Assembly: GCA_905178155.1 (NCBI GenBank)
Contig: CAJINV010000014.1
Span: forward strand, 1,891,888-1,955,887
DNA: 64,000 nt
Direction: 5' to 3'
Source: Amoebophrya sp. A120
Lineage: Eukaryota; Protista; Dinoflagellata
The notes under the pieces are model-generated. The model was not told the origin of the DNA and searched no databases. It worked only from the letters and a program-made list of their open reading frames with translations. The position numbers were made by a program, and so were the translations under genes. Below are positions 47,954 to 61,539 of this stretch, one piece after another; the stretch's first letter is position 1; every line of letters starts with the position of its first letter.

Positions 47954-50211
47954 TTTCGTCGTGGTGATTCTTTCTTCTAAGTATGTTCGCTTTCTGTACG
48001 CGTACCTTCAACAATAAAGTGACCACGCTCAGTAGTTTAATTCGAGTAGAAAAAACCCAGAAAACATTTGACTTTTTAGGTTTAGATTGAATAGACGGTG
48101 CTGCTCTGCAGCAACCACGGCCGGCTTTTAACTAGCAATCGTGCTTTGAATACGGCATCGGCTCACAAGCTATTTTCCTACAATTCAAGATTCATCGAGG
48201 GATAAACAGAACCACGTCGTGGATATTCGAGCGCTTTTCCTAAACTTTCTAATCTACCCGATAATGAGCCGCGAGTGTTAACATTTTACGAATGCCTGGG
48301 GGTCGTGCTGGGACAACTAAAGATATTGAAGTGAGTTTGTCCTTCCTGGCGAAGAGCCTGCTCGTGTTTCGGGAAAAAAAAAAAATAGAAGCGGAGGACG
48401 ACCTTAGTTTAGATTCTAGCTATCCGCGCAAGTATCCTCTCTACATAGAGTTGCAAGTAGAACTACCAACTTCTGAAGATGAAGGTAGCCGCTTCATGGA
48501 ATATGTCTCTGCTTGCCACCTGCTGCAAGAAAATTGCAGCTAGTAGTACACTAGAATCATGTACGGGAAAAATAATAGACTCTTTATTCTGCAAATAGGG
48601 CAGTGCACCGACAGCTTTTACAGTGTGTTCAGTTCTGTTGATCCGTGCATGTTGATCCGAAATCATGGCTTCCTTGCAAGAAGGTTCGTTTTCAGCCGCG
48701 GCCTTTCGCGCTGTCGGCTGTCGCAACTGGTGATTACTATAGCTATGAGTACCACAGTGGTCGACTCCTGAACACAAGCAAGACCGAAGGAATTGATACG
48801 GTGCAGTCCTTGCCGCTAGCAGTGCAAGCGAGGACGAGCGCTGGGCGACAAATGTTCTTTCTCCATCTGAAGCAGAATGTATGTTCCTTTGCGAGGGTTG
48901 TTGTTTAAAGTGTTTCCGAGCAAGATACAATGCAAGGAAAATGCTCGTTTTTCCGTTGATATTTTCTTCACAGCACTATATCCATCAGGACCTTATCGTA
49001 ACTCGAAAAGCTCTTGTGACTTCGAAGCGTTACATAAATCTGATGTACTGCTGACGGTGCTGTCTGCTTTTTTTGTGAGAATAAAACTCATCTTCAACAA
49101 GAATAGCTACAGGTTTAATCGAGAAAAGCGAGCGTGAAACGGGTCATCAGCTGTATATGTGTATCGCACAACATGTAGCTCTTGCGGGTTGTAAAAAGTT
49201 ACGAATCGCTAGCAGTTGAAGGCAAGAAGTTTCTGCAAGCTCTATACAGAGAAATAACGGCCTGAATATCTTTCGTCGAAAGTAAGAGGCCAATTCTCCT
49301 TTTTGCCAATTGCAAAAACCACGATACATTTGCTGCGAATGGTCGTTGGAAGAAGATTTTCCCCGACAGCACAAACAACAATTGAAAAGTGGCAAGCAAG
49401 AATACGCATCGGAACTAGTACAATCTGCGATTCTCTACTGGGCGACTGGTGTTTTATGTTGTTGAGTACGCTGGTTGATGTTCCAATTAGAGTCAGAGCT
49501 TAGGAGGTAAATGCTGCATCTTGACCTGCAAAGAGAAAGAGCTCAACAGAAGCAAAAATTTGCAATGCTAAACTACGTAGTTGCTGCGCTAGTACCAGCA
49601 GGAGCTGATAAGGAGCACTAGATCTGAGTAAAGAAGAGATCCAATGCAATGGAAAATTGGATCCCTTTTCATCTGCAGGTGAAGACAACACGATCCCCGC
49701 CACTTCTGATCTTTTCTTGAAATTTGATGGCCAACAACATCTGGCTGATAGTACACTTCGTGTACCAACAGGCTGCAAAAAATCGAAATGATTTGCGCAG
49801 TTATAATTGCTCGTAGTTCTGCATAAAAACCTGTTCTATTGCATTATATCTTAATTTCGTAAATCAGATTGTTGAATTTTGTGAAAGTTAAAGTTTGATG
49901 GTGAGACGGTGTTTAGTTATAGTTATAGTTTCTTTCCTTCGGTGGTGATGCTAATGCTTCTTTGTTTGCGAGTACTGTGTAATTCATGATCAAGGTGACA
50001 CGACACCATGTACAACTAGGTTCTTGCAGCTCCAGCCGGTAGTACAAGAATTCTGTGACACGCTAGTAGATGTTGAAATGATCTTCGATCACAAGGACAA
50101 CTTTTTGTTGAAAAGTGATACCTGCGGATCAGAAACATGTCATGCTGAAATCAGATGAGAGGCAGAGCTTGTCATGCGCGCAACAAGAAGATGTTGGCAA
50201 TCCCTACTTCT

Positions 50212-52600
50212 TTAGTACGCAACCACCTCCGGCTCCATGTTGTCATTGCCCAAAGCGCTCTTCTTCCACATTTGGTCGACAAACGCGTCGGCCGCTTCCT
50301 CATCCTTGAACTTGATGATGGCTTTCCTGTTGTTTGTGATGCACAGAGCGATGAATGACGAGCAACATTGAAAATGTATGAATTGTCATTTTGCCGTAAA
50401 CTTCTAATTGTTGTCATGCGTCAACGAGGTATGCAAAAGTGGTTTCTCATGCTGGAATAATCATAAAGCAATCATAAGCAAGACAAAAATCTCTACCCGG
50501 CCTTGATCTCGGTGTGGGAAGGTTCGTATTTTGAGAACTCATCCTTCAAATCTTTCCACGTGACGGTCTCCTTGAAGCCGGCGATGTGGACCTGATAGAG
50601 TTGTGTAGTTTACCATGCAGAAAACCAAAACGTAGCCACAGTGTAGGAACCATCGTCGCAACTGCTGCATTTCAGGTCGTCATGCGTGCTGGCGCGCAAG
50701 AGCAAGTGAGTCTGTCTTGCAAGAATGTGATGAAATGTAGCGTAAATAAACAATACCGCAACTTCGCCTTCCCGGTCCTCGGACTTGCGTCCTGCCTTCT
50801 TTCCCTTTCCCTTGCTGCCCTTCTTTCCCTTGCCCTTGGAGCTGGACTTGCCCTCGATGTAGCGGCCCTCGCGGTCCTCACGCACGAAAACGGCGCGACC
50901 GTCGAGCTCCGTGTCGTTCAGTTCCTCGATCGCCTTCTTTGCGTCGTCCGGGTTCTTGTACCGAACCAAGCCCGCACCGGCAGAGCGTCCGTCCTTGGAC
51001 TTCAGGATATCGCAGTACTCGACCTGTTATATGTTTGGTTATTTTCCTCACGTTGGACTTCTTCTACTTGCACTGATGATATATTGATATGTCGTGCGCA
51101 GTAGATTCAACAAAACTACGTTTGACATTTAGATTTACATGGCCTGCTTGACGCTGCAAATGCAACATCCACATACTTTTCCATTTCCATTTGTGCTGAT
51201 CCTGATGCTGCTTTAGCATTAGAATGACAAATTGAAAGTTTACCTCGCCGGCGCTGACCATGTGGTCCTTGAGGTTTTGCCAGGAAGTGTAGTAGCTCAG
51301 GTTTCCATATGAACTGCAAAAGTATCGTACTCGTATAAATGCATTACAAATTTCCTCAGCATGAGAAATAAAATTTGTGATGCGGATTTACCGTAAGAAA
51401 AAGATTTGTAATGCATGACTGCAATACGAGTACGATACTTTTGCACAGGATATTCCAACGTACACTTGCGCGGCTGCGGAATCCTCGCTCAGCTGCTTGC
51501 CCTTACCTGTTTGTAGGTGTTTGTGGTAGTGTTTTATCCGCATGACGAAAGTATCATGATCTATTACCGCGCCGAAGCCGACGGGCCAGGCGGGTACGCT
51601 ACAATTACATAACGCACGAGCTGCGCTGCAAATGTGTCGTGTGTGCCTGCATTAGCGATGCGATAGTCGAAGGACATTTATCAAAATAACGCGATGCATG
51701 AGCGCGACTGTAAAATTTAAATTACCCTTGCTTCCCGGTCCCTTGCCGCCCTTCTGGTCGAGGCGCAGGAAGATTTCCCGGCCCTTCAGCACCTTATCTG
51801 CCATGGTGTCGATGGCCTTTTGTGCGGCATCCGCGTCCGCGAATCGCACGATACCGTGCCATATGGATTGTTAACATGTCTGGGTCTGGAAGAGTGAAAA
51901 AATTGTCATGCATATTTCTCATGACCCATGATAGTCTGTGATGTATGCCCTAGCATTACAGATTTTTAGAAATCTTCCTGATGCACCTTCCGCATGAGAA
52001 ATGCCCTCTCGCCATGGCAAAAACTGGACCCCTCTTGGTGGTCATGCATTACAGGTTTTTTTCGAATCCGAAAACAGCATCACAAGTTACAACCTTCCAG
52101 ACCCAGACATTTTTACATTTGATATGCCCGGTTTTTCGCCCGTCCTTGTACTGCAGCACCTCCGCGTATGGATGTGTCAGAGTTGAAATCGACAAAGTTG
52201 AAATAATTTGTCATGCATAAAATGCATGACCCGAGGCACGTTTGTTGCAGAGCAGGCAAGTGAGGCCGACTGTCAGCCTGTTTGGGGTTACAGATCGAGC
52301 TGCTAAAGTAGCATGAGAAAATCGCTCTTCTTTGCCTAAACAGCATGACAAACTGGATCTAGGGACCACCGCAATTTGTCATGCGCCACTTGGAAACTGC
52401 GTTCCAACTGGCATCCATTTTATGCATTGCAAATTATTTCAACTTTGACGATTTCAAACCTGACGCTTCCATACCGCGTGCTCGAAGGATTCCCCCACTT
52501 CTGAGTTCTTGAAGAACTCCTTCAACTCTTGCCAACCAACCTGGAAGGACAAGTTTCCACAGAACACGCTGCGGCTGCCGGCGTCAGTTCCCTCGGTCAT
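50212..52600 (-). CDS. Three-RRM RNA/G-strand-binding protein (Gbp2/Hrb1/hnRNP-M-like), 8 exons
   Basis: SVFCGNLSFQVGWQELKEFF, QVYVGNLSYYTSWQNLKDHM, VHIAGFKETVTWKDLKDEF, LDGRAVFVREDR; GT-AG introns 51725-51507, 51243-51024, 50762-50592, 50496-50327 plus 3 introners. Confidence 0.9.
51308..51452. mobile_element. Introner, family F2 (reverse orientation relative to 12856 and 23671)
   Basis: DR ttcca; frame restored (VYVG|NLSY). Confidence 0.93.
51862..52124. mobile_element. Introner, family F1
   Basis: DR tgcca/tgccc (4/5); frame restored (KTG|HGIV). Confidence 0.9.
52167..52473. mobile_element. Introner, family F4
   Basis: DR ccgcg; frame restored (EHA|EVLQ). Confidence 0.93.
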
Positions 52601-53159
52601 TTTGTATTTGTTGCTTTAGGAAATAAAGCTAAGGTCGTAAAGATTGCTCAGTTGTATACGTTTTGAGAATAAGAAAAAGCTCTTGCGTATTCTTGCAGGT
52701 AGATTTTACAACTGCAATAATTTATGCAGATAGAATACTTATACGTAAAGTTTTCAAGTGTATACCCAGTACACTAAAATCCGTCGAAGGACTCCTCCCC
52801 TGGAATTGATTTTGTCAAATGAAATCAAGCTGACCAGGAATTGGAACTCCACTTGTCTTTATCGTTTGCCATCAAAAGTAGGCTTTGAGAACGTGGTTAT
52901 GTGCAGGTTTTCGTCGGACCCGGAAGAGATCCATTCTTTCAAAATAAATTCGAAACAAAAAAATACGTATTTCCGGTGCCACGCGGGCGGTTTGATCTGC
53001 AATATTTTGATCCTTTCTGGGTTTGTGTGATGATGTAATTATGGTGGTCATCAAGCTACTTCCGAGATCCGTTCTCCGCAGCTACTGGCACAATCGATGA
53101 TCATGATCGAAGTAGTTACACTTCACCATACAAAGAAGCGTGTGAAAAACTACGGACAG

Positions 53160-56100
53160 CACAAGCGATCGATTGAACCACGGACCAAGGGCGCACGTGC
53201 GTCGGGCTCAGCGTGAATTCTGCGAGGCCAATGACGTCACTGATTGAACACGCGAGCGGTCTGTCACTTTCAATCCACTTCTTGCCTTGCGGCCGCTGTT
53301 ATTCATTGATGGCCCCAGCCAGCTTGCAACTACCGGTAGGCATAATAGGCACATACGGGCATGATCGGCGGACAAACGGGCCAGCACACAGGTAGGCGCC
53401 CCAATCGGTCCCAATGCTTGGCCGGCAGGCAACACTCGGGGAAAAATCAGCTGCCTTCAAATTAACAGCCCAAAGCCGAGGCCAGGCGGCGCAACGGGGC
53501 GGCGCTGAGGACAGATCGGATCGCGTGCCCCAAGCCTGCTAGGCTGCCGAATGTAAGCAAGAATCGCGCTGGCCCGGGGAAGCAAATTTCTTTGCAGGCA
53601 CACACGCTCGGCCCGCCCGGCCGCGCGCTCGGAAAAGGCCCGCAACCAAAGAAAGGCCCGCCGAAATAAACCAGCCGGCGCTGAGTGTGCGACAGCTGCT
53701 AGCAGGGCCCCACAGGGCGCCCACATACAGGGGCGCAGCCCCGGGAAGGGCGCCCGCCGCCAAGCGGTCCGGCCGCCCCGACCCACCGCAGCGGAGCGGG
53801 GGGGGGCGGCAGGCCAATCGGGGCCCGGCCTATGATCGGGGCCCGGCCTATCGGGGCCCGCCCCTCCCCCCGGCCAGGCGAAGGGCCCGCGCATCGCGAA
53901 AAACGCGGGCGGCGCCGGCTTCGCTGCAGCGGGATCGGTCCCGACCACTTCCCGCCTCGGACATGGAAGAGCGCCAGGCCGCCGGCCAACGCGCAGCGAT
54001 GTATTCGGCATCTCGGCGAAGTCCAGGGCCTTGCCCCCGCCTAACAAAATAGGGGCGGGCGCCGCGCGTTGCAGCACAGGCACAACCCTGCGCGCGGGCG
54101 GGCGCGCGCCTCATGCGGAAAACGTCAACCAGATCGGCCGCCAGTGGGCTCGAATTATAAAAATTCATGCCGGGACTTTCGAAAAACTTTCGGAGAAGAA
54201 AAAAATCCCGCCCGAAGGACGTGGTGGCCCGAGATCTGCGACGAATCCACGGGCCCAGGGAAGGCAAAGATAAAAGGAGGGCGCAGGCGAAGGTGAAAAA
54301 GGGAAACCCCAGAAAGAAAAAGGGCCGGCCGAGGGAAGCACAACAGCGGGGGCGCCGGCCCCTAAGAAAGGCCAAGGGGCTGTCAAGCAGCGGGCCACGA
54401 CCCACATACTCCAAATTGAACTTCATACCCAGGCGGGACATTTGCAGTTTTTTTCTGCATTTCTTACGACCAATCATCTGTCAATCATCTGTCAACCATC
54501 TGTCAAAAAAACGGAAAAAAATTGAAAAAAGACGACAAACCCCAAACCATAGGGATTTCTAAGCCGTTTTGCTCACGACAATTTTTTTTGAATTTTTTTG
54601 AATTTTTTTAAATTTTTTGTCGTAATAAAAATTTTTTTTGTCGTAATAAATTACCGGCTCCGCGTTCCAAATCCCGGAAAAAAACCCGGCCGGCCGTCGG
54701 CAACAAACAACTGCCCCTCCCGCGGGCGCGGAAGAATCCTGGGGAAAAACAAAAGAAACCGGGGGGCTCGGCACTCTTCCGGCAAAACGCGAACCACCCC
54801 AAAGGCCCAGCACACCCAAAGGCACACACGGAAGCCGCGAAGGACGAGGGGCAATACGGAAAATGTAGAAACCCCCATCATCCGCGCCCGATTTTTTTTC
54901 GAAAGAGAAGTCGCGGGCGAATTTTTTCAAAGTCGCGCCATGAATTTTTATAATTTGCCGGGACTGGGGCCCGATCTGGTTGAAAAACGCCCGGGCGGTC
55001 CCGGCATCTAAAAATCTTCTAATTTTTCCGGTCTTGCAAAAAAAGCAAGGACCCAAAACCTTGGGTGGCAGGCCCATGGGAATGAAGAGGTCGGCGCCGA
55101 AGCCAAAAAAAGAAAGAGGTGACGCGGCACAAAGACAAGAGCTCGACAATGACGGCAGGGCAACCCCGGACAGGGAGGCAATATCGAAGAAGAGAAGACA
55201 AAGCAAGAGATCACCCCGAACACCTGCACATCGGATCATGTCCACGACCAGTTGGTGACGACGATCCGATGTGAAGGACGGGATGATCTTCGAAACCCAC
55301 CCGACAAGCGCCAACTCCTACAGCGAGCCTCTAATCTCGGCCTCTAAAACAGGCCTCTAATTTCGGCCTCTAAAATCGGTCTCTAAAACCGGCCTCTAAA
55401 GCCGGTCTCTAAAATGGGCCTCTAAAATCGCCCTCTAAAACCGGTCTCTAAAACCGGTCTCTAAAATGGGCTTCTAAAACCGCCTCTAAAATCGCCTTTA
55501 ATTTTCCCTCTAAAATGTCCTATAATTTCTCCTCTAAAACCCACCTCTAATTCGTTCTCTAAAAATCTTCTAATTCTGTTGTGTGTGCGGCAATTTGAGA
55601 ACTACTAAAAGTTCTCTAAAATTGCCGCACACACAAAATCCCGCACAAAATCACTATTTTGTGGTTTTAGAAGATGAGATGGAGGAAATCCGGACGCCGA
55701 AAGCGGAAGCGAAACCGGAAGATTTCCGGTTCACTTCCCGGGCAGCTCATGTTCGTGCTCGAAATCATCGAGCAACATCTCGATATTTTCGAACACGAAC
55801 ATCAGCGTCGTCCGACTGATCGATAATGAACAACACCACACACCATGTCTCACCCAATGACATGCGGAAGCAACCACCTTGAAATCTGAAGCCACAATGC
55901 GTGCGGGGGCAAGCGCCACTTCAGATCTGCTCTTTGACTACCAAACACCCTCCCCACCAAGCGAACGACCTCACTGCCGCCCCGACCCACAACTTTTGCC
56001 ACTCTCAATACAGTCTCACACACACAACCAAAATCTTGCGGCGCCGATTATGGAAACAAAACGGCCCGAATTTATAAATTTTAATTGAAGTGGAGCGCCA

Positions 56101-56780
56101 CATTCCAGGCAGGGTCCCGGGGGACGGGCTACGCCTCAACAACCAGACGAACAAAACCCCAACCCACTACAACACACCTAAACACCCAAAACGGGGAATG
56201 GGGCCGGGCACAGGGACGGGGCAAAGAAATGGGCGCCGGGTTTTTTGAAAATCCCGGAAATTTTAGCCATCTTTTAGCCGCAAAATCCGCCCGGGGCGTC
56301 TCCGCATGACGCGCCCCAAAACGGGCGGCCGACCACTTAGGAGGGCCAAGCGGACGCGCGCAGTACATACATACACGAGAAAAGGCGGCGCACGCGCCAA
56401 AACGACAAACAAACCCCCGGGCGGGCTGATTGTCACGCGGGCGCCCTCATGTGACAGGTGTCGTCGTGGAAGACCAGCTCGATGCTGGGGCATTCTCCAC
56501 AGCGCACGCCCCAGGAGCTTGCCCCAATCCGCAACCGTTTCGCCTTCCGGGAAGACGTCCCGCGCGCGCCCGAGTCCTTTGCGCCTCTAGTCGCATGGCG
56601 CCCCGGCATGCGGACGATTCCCCGGGAAGGTTAGCCGCCAAAACGCCCGCAGAGAGCTCTGGGCGGGTCGCGAAGGCGCAAAAGAAAAAGGACGCGCCGC
56701 CGGGCTGTCCTCTGCTGCTAGAACAACGCCAAATCCCTCGAGAACCAGAACACAGCCACCGCACCCCTCCAGAGAAGTAC
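53160..56780. repeat. GC-rich A-tract non-coding island with a long imperfect palindrome
   Basis: ~60-bp imperfect IR at 54126-54186 / 54921-54983; compositionally distinct from its flanks; boundaries approximate. Confidence 0.55.
55327..55575. repeat. Minisatellite of ~13-bp units (CGGCCTCTAAAA.), about 18 copies, decaying rightwards
   Basis: Directly visible ctctaaaa repeats. Confidence 0.9.
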
Positions 56781-57153
56781 GATAGGAACTTGTGAGGGAC
56801 GAGCTGCTGCAACGAGAACACCTCCTGCTGCATGCTCAAGGATGCTAAGAAGAGCCGTCGATAGCCATGGCATTCCATCACAAGTCCGTATGGGCATAAA
56901 TCATAATCAGTGCTGTCGCAAATACTAGTAGGCAATCTCAATTCATCAAATTCGGGACATGTTCCGCCTCCGGGTGGGAGAAAGCGTTCACGTCAAATTA
57001 TTTTCATCAGCTAAAGGCAAGCATGCTGGAATGTCGAGACCAGTAGGCAACATCAGCTGCGGTACTTTCCTCTGTTCAGTACGTGTAGTTACACAGACAA
57101 TGACACTACATCACCACTTCAAAAAGCTGCTAGCATCTCGTCACACAAGAACA

Positions 57154-60100
57154 TCACGATTCCTCCTCCAAAAACTTCGACTTTAACTCCCACACCGGCA
57201 TTTTTTTCCCCGCAACTTCCCCGATGCTCATGTCCGCGATGTCTTGCAAGTGGCTGCGGATCTCGAGGAACAGTGGGGAGGTCTGGTACCCCTTCACCGG
57301 CAGCTGAAACCACTTCCGCAGATGCAGTGGCGAGCACTTCTCCTCGTCGTTGCTGTCTAAACGCAGTTGCCGCATCTGCTTCACCAGCGTCGGTCGGATC
57401 TGCTCAATTTTTTGCTCCAACTCCTTACTGATTCCCGTTTTCTCCCGCTTTTTCTGTTTCGCTCGTTCTGCTTGTTCCTTTTTCTTCTTCTCCAAAGCCG
57501 ATAACTCCTGCTTGGTCATGGTGGACACCTCGGTCTTGTTCAGCAGGGATTTGGAGCTCAAGATCGCCTTCGCGGAATTCACATCGGTGTCATCAACTAG
57601 TACACCAGCCTGATGCGGATCATCCGGAGATGATGATGATGATGATGAAAAATTTGTGCTGCTCTTTAACCTTCTCAATGCCTCCTTGATATCGGCGGAA
57701 AGCATGTCGTCGTTGATCTTCATGAGTTCCTCTTGCTGTTCACCACTTTTGTCTGTTTTGCCGTCGTTGCCACCACCTCCGGCGCTCTTTTTCGTTTTCT
57801 TGGAAACAAGTTTATTTGGCCTCTTTATCATCTTCCCGTCTGCATCGATGAGAACTTCATCCTCTAGATCTTCCTCGTCGAAGTTGGTTCGTCTCCTCTT
57901 TCTGCCTGTAGTCCCGTCTTTTTCGACGTAGTTCCCGCCGTCCTCAGTCCCGGACTCATCGTCTGTATGACTAGTATTCCCCTCGCGATCATCTTCCCCA
58001 TCTCTCCCTCTCGGATTCACTTCTCTGTCCAGCGTTTCCTCCCCCTCTAACACCCCATTCGCGTCCGGCTTGTTCAACAAAATCTCCTCCTGCACAGCAG
58101 CGTCATCCCAGCCGACCAAGTGATCCGCCTCGTCGTTCGCGTGCTCCAGGGTTTCGTCTCCCAAATCCACATCCCCAGCACCACTCCCCGCCAGCCCCGT
58201 GCCGTCCAAGTCTTCGGTTGACAGGCCGGAATAGTGCGTCGAGCTGTAGAAGTGCTCCGCGTGTCCGTTGTTGCTGCCATTGTTTCCCCCGTTCATGGAG
58301 AGAAAAGTCGATCCCGCGTTGTGACACAAGTCGGCGCGCTGGGTGAGAACGATGTTCAACCGATTCAAAGCGTAGCGCTCCAGCTGACGCCACTCCTTCT
58401 GTCGCCGTTCCTTGCGCTTCTTCATCACCAGTTCCGCGTCTTCCAGCGTGTACAGCTTCTCTACTTTTGATGATGACGGAAGGTTGTAGGGGGTGCCACT
58501 GCTGCTGGTGGAAGAAGCTGTTGTTCCTGCGATAGTACAAGAAGAGCCGGTGGACGAGTTGTGGGTGTGCTTTGTCGTGGAAGTTCGGGTCGTTGAGGTC
58601 GTGACAGACGAGCGCTCATCGTCGGAAAGTGGTTTTTTACTTTCACCACCTAGTGGTGAGGTTTGTCCTTTCTCTACTGCGCTTTGGGAAGCACCACGAA
58701 CCTGCTGTTGTTTCTGTGCCTGCGACAGCGCAAGCGCTCTTCTGCTGTCGTTTCTGATCTTGTAACTCGGCGCTAGATCCTTCACCAAAGCCCGGGGGCA
58801 GTCCGGCTCCACTTCCGTGTAAAAATTGTGCAGCACGGCTTGTTGCTCGATTTGCGCCGCTGACGAATGTGAAGCTGATGATCCAAAAGATTTTTTGCGT
58901 TCTTGCCGGGCAGCAAGATGTTCTTGTTGACCAGCCTCTTCTTCCCGTACGGGCTCCTGCACAGCACAACTATCAAAGTCGTGATAATTCCTGCAATACT
59001 GCTGGAGATGCACGGTTTTGAACACCGGCACCAAATCTGCCACGTCCGGCTCCATTTTCGAGCGTACAACCTGCCAGGCAATGGGGAGATCGGGGACGGA
59101 TCCGCTCGCCTCGGTCGCGACAAAACGCTTTGGAGATGATGATGAGGAAGCAGAACTGATAGTAGAACCGTGCGGCTTCTGTTGATCTCTTGTTCCTCGG
59201 GATTCTTGTTGCTGCCCTATCCTCCTGTCGTTTACGTTTTTCAGTTCAAACAACCGAGTCGTCTTCCGCCCTTCGAGCATCTCTTTCAATCCCGGGACGT
59301 TGTGACCTTGTTCGCCGCCCATTTTCTCCAATCGCGCCGCCGTGGAAACGCAGACGGCGTCCAGTAAGCGTTCGCTCTGGGCTGGGGTCGAGTTTGGGAA
59401 ATTTACCTTCCCCACGAACTTCTTCAGGCAGTTCGTCATTTTGTCCTTGGATTTCTGGACCCGTTTGCGTCTCCTCAACCACTCCGCCATCTTTCGCATC
59501 TTCTCGGCTCTCGTTAGGTTTCTCGGCCGCTTTTCCAGCATGGAGGACGCTGCGACCCACTGGTGCTCCTGCTCCTGCTGCTCTTTATTTATTCCGGCTG
59601 GTGTGCTGCTGGCACTGTCGTTGTTCATTTTCATCCCTTGTTGCTTCCTCCAGGTAAATTTCTGTTTCGCTACCTGGGCAATGGTGGCTGGAGCCTCCTC
59701 CTGTACTAGATGATCATCACTATCATGATGCGCAGGACCAGGAGCTCCTGAGGATGGTGCGACCGTACTTCCTGTGTTCATCAAACTAGCCGACGAGGAC
59801 TCTCCTCCTGCTGAAGACCCGACTGAATTCGGCCAGAGGCGGTCGGCGGGAGACGTTGAGCTAGTAGGGACTGTGGATGATGATGAGGTCGTGTTGCAGC
59901 AGCTTCCTTGCTCGAACACGTCGTTGCTCGTCATGCTACAACCCAGAGCACTGTGCATCCCGGTTGACAAACTGGCGACTTCGCGGAAACAACTTTCTTG
60001 CTCATGCTCAACATTCACATCGCCATCGGTACTATGATCTTCCCCAGCAGCTGATCCTCCTCCTCTTATTCTTCTTCCCGCCGCCAGAATCGCCTCAAAC

Positions 60101-61369
60101 TCTTTCCCCGAGAAATTCACATCTTCGGCCAACTTCACCAGACAGGGGTTATTATTTTCTCCGGTAGAAGTTGTTCTTGAAGACGGAGGACAAGCTTTCG
60201 ATGGGATTTGCGATGCTAGGAGAGGAACTAGAGGCACAGCAGGTCCACGACTTTTGTGCGCTCTCCGATTTGCGACCGCGACGGCGTTCGCTAAAACTTG
60301 TTGCCGCAGCTGCAACATCCACTGTGGCAAGCGAATTCGGAGTTTTAGACCTGGGGGAAGGTTGTTGTTCTCGGGCCGCAGTGGTTCTTGTTGGTCATGC
60401 GAGTGAAGGCCTTCGGCTTCGTCGAGGAGGACCTCTCCTTCTTCCTCTGCTGCTGGGTCGACATCACCAGGAACAAAATCGTGCTCTGTTTGCTCAACAT
60501 CATCCCGAGGTCCTCGCGTGGTAGTCCGTCTCCGTGATGCTGATGAAGAAAAACTAGATGGTGCAGACTCTGGTCCACTCGTAGTTCTTTCGTCCGCTGC
60601 GGAAGTTGGCCTAGAAGATGTTGCTCTTCCTCTTGCGTCTTGTTCTATGTGTTCTTGATCTTTGTAGGTTACAACTTTCTTCTATCAAACAAAAAAAGTT
60701 CGTCACGATCACTCATGCGCATTTTTGCAATACAAAACTGTTTGTCATGCGTCAAAATGCATCACAGCCAAACTTCATTAGAGATTTCCCTAGTGTTTCT
60801 GCAATACAAGGAAACTTTGTGATGCTGAGACAATTTGTAATGCAAAACCTGCAAGTTAGTGACTGTGACAAACTTTTTTCTCTCCATATCTTCACCTCGC
60901 GCAGAATCTCTCCGTCGCCAAACAAGTCGTCCGGATCATCGTCAACATCTACTTCGTATCAACTGTAAAAATGTCTGGGTCTGGAAGATTCCAACTTGTC
61001 ATGCTGATTTTGGATTCTAAAAAAATCTGCATTGCATGAGCAGCAAAGAGAGCCCAAGTTTTGCTACACGGAAAGAGCATTTGTCATGCGGTATAGGCAT
61101 CCGGAAGCCCTCACAAAATCTGTGATGCTAGGGCATGCATCACAGACATCAGGAGTCATCCAAAATGTGCATGACAAGCCTGGCAATCTTCCAGACCCAG
61201 ACATTTTTACATTTGATACTTCGACCTTATCTTGCTTTGATGTCGTCCGTTGTTCCGCTTGGATCATGTCCAAGTTTTCGCTTGCTTCCTCATCGTCGCG
61301 GTCACTGTCGTCGTTGTCGCTGATTACAGGATCGTCGTCCTCGTAGAGACGGGCGCTACTAACCGCCAT
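57154..61369 (-). CDS. Large acidic/low-complexity protein (~1250 aa), possibly TFIIF alpha (RAP74)-like; 3 exons
   Basis: Exons 61369-61219, 60951-60889, 60677-57154 join in frame. YTLEDAELVMKKRK resembles RAP74 LTLEEAEE..K.R, followed by an acidic tract and a compact C-terminal helical domain. The CDS is solid; the identity is tentative (~0.3). Confidence 0.8.
60683..60888. mobile_element. Introner, family F7
   Basis: tatcaaacaaaaaaagttcgtcac / gtgacaaacttttttctctccata; DR tcttc; frame restored (EVK|KVVT). Confidence 0.88.
60957..61218. mobile_element. Introner, family F1 (reverse orientation relative to 907 and 51862)
   Basis: DR cttcg; frame restored (KVE|VDVD). Confidence 0.93.
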
Positions 61370-61539
61370 TTTGTCGTCAATCTTTGTCTATCTTCTACTG
61401 GCCCTGATTAAATCTTGACCACTTGCTGTCTGGATGACACCAATACAGTGCTGCCGCTAGTAGGTTGGCGATCTTCAACATGAACATCTCTACTACAATT
61501 ATACTCCTGCTGACGGATCGGCATCATACTTTAACTTTG

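Noticed and set aside
48292-50100. Short AT-rich ORFs as a gene
   Set aside because: No consistent exon chain or motif could be built by eye; left unannotated
52113-52346. Repeated small ORF MLFRQRRAIFSCYF... (also 14708-14923 and 63229-63459) as an element-encoded protein
   Set aside because: It is simply the F4 core translated; ~75 aa, runs across the element boundary and has no transposase motif
55327-55575. CRISPR-like or telomeric array
   Set aside because: Units are ~13 bp with no unique spacers and no cas genes; unit is not TTTAGGG/TTAGGG; eukaryotic context
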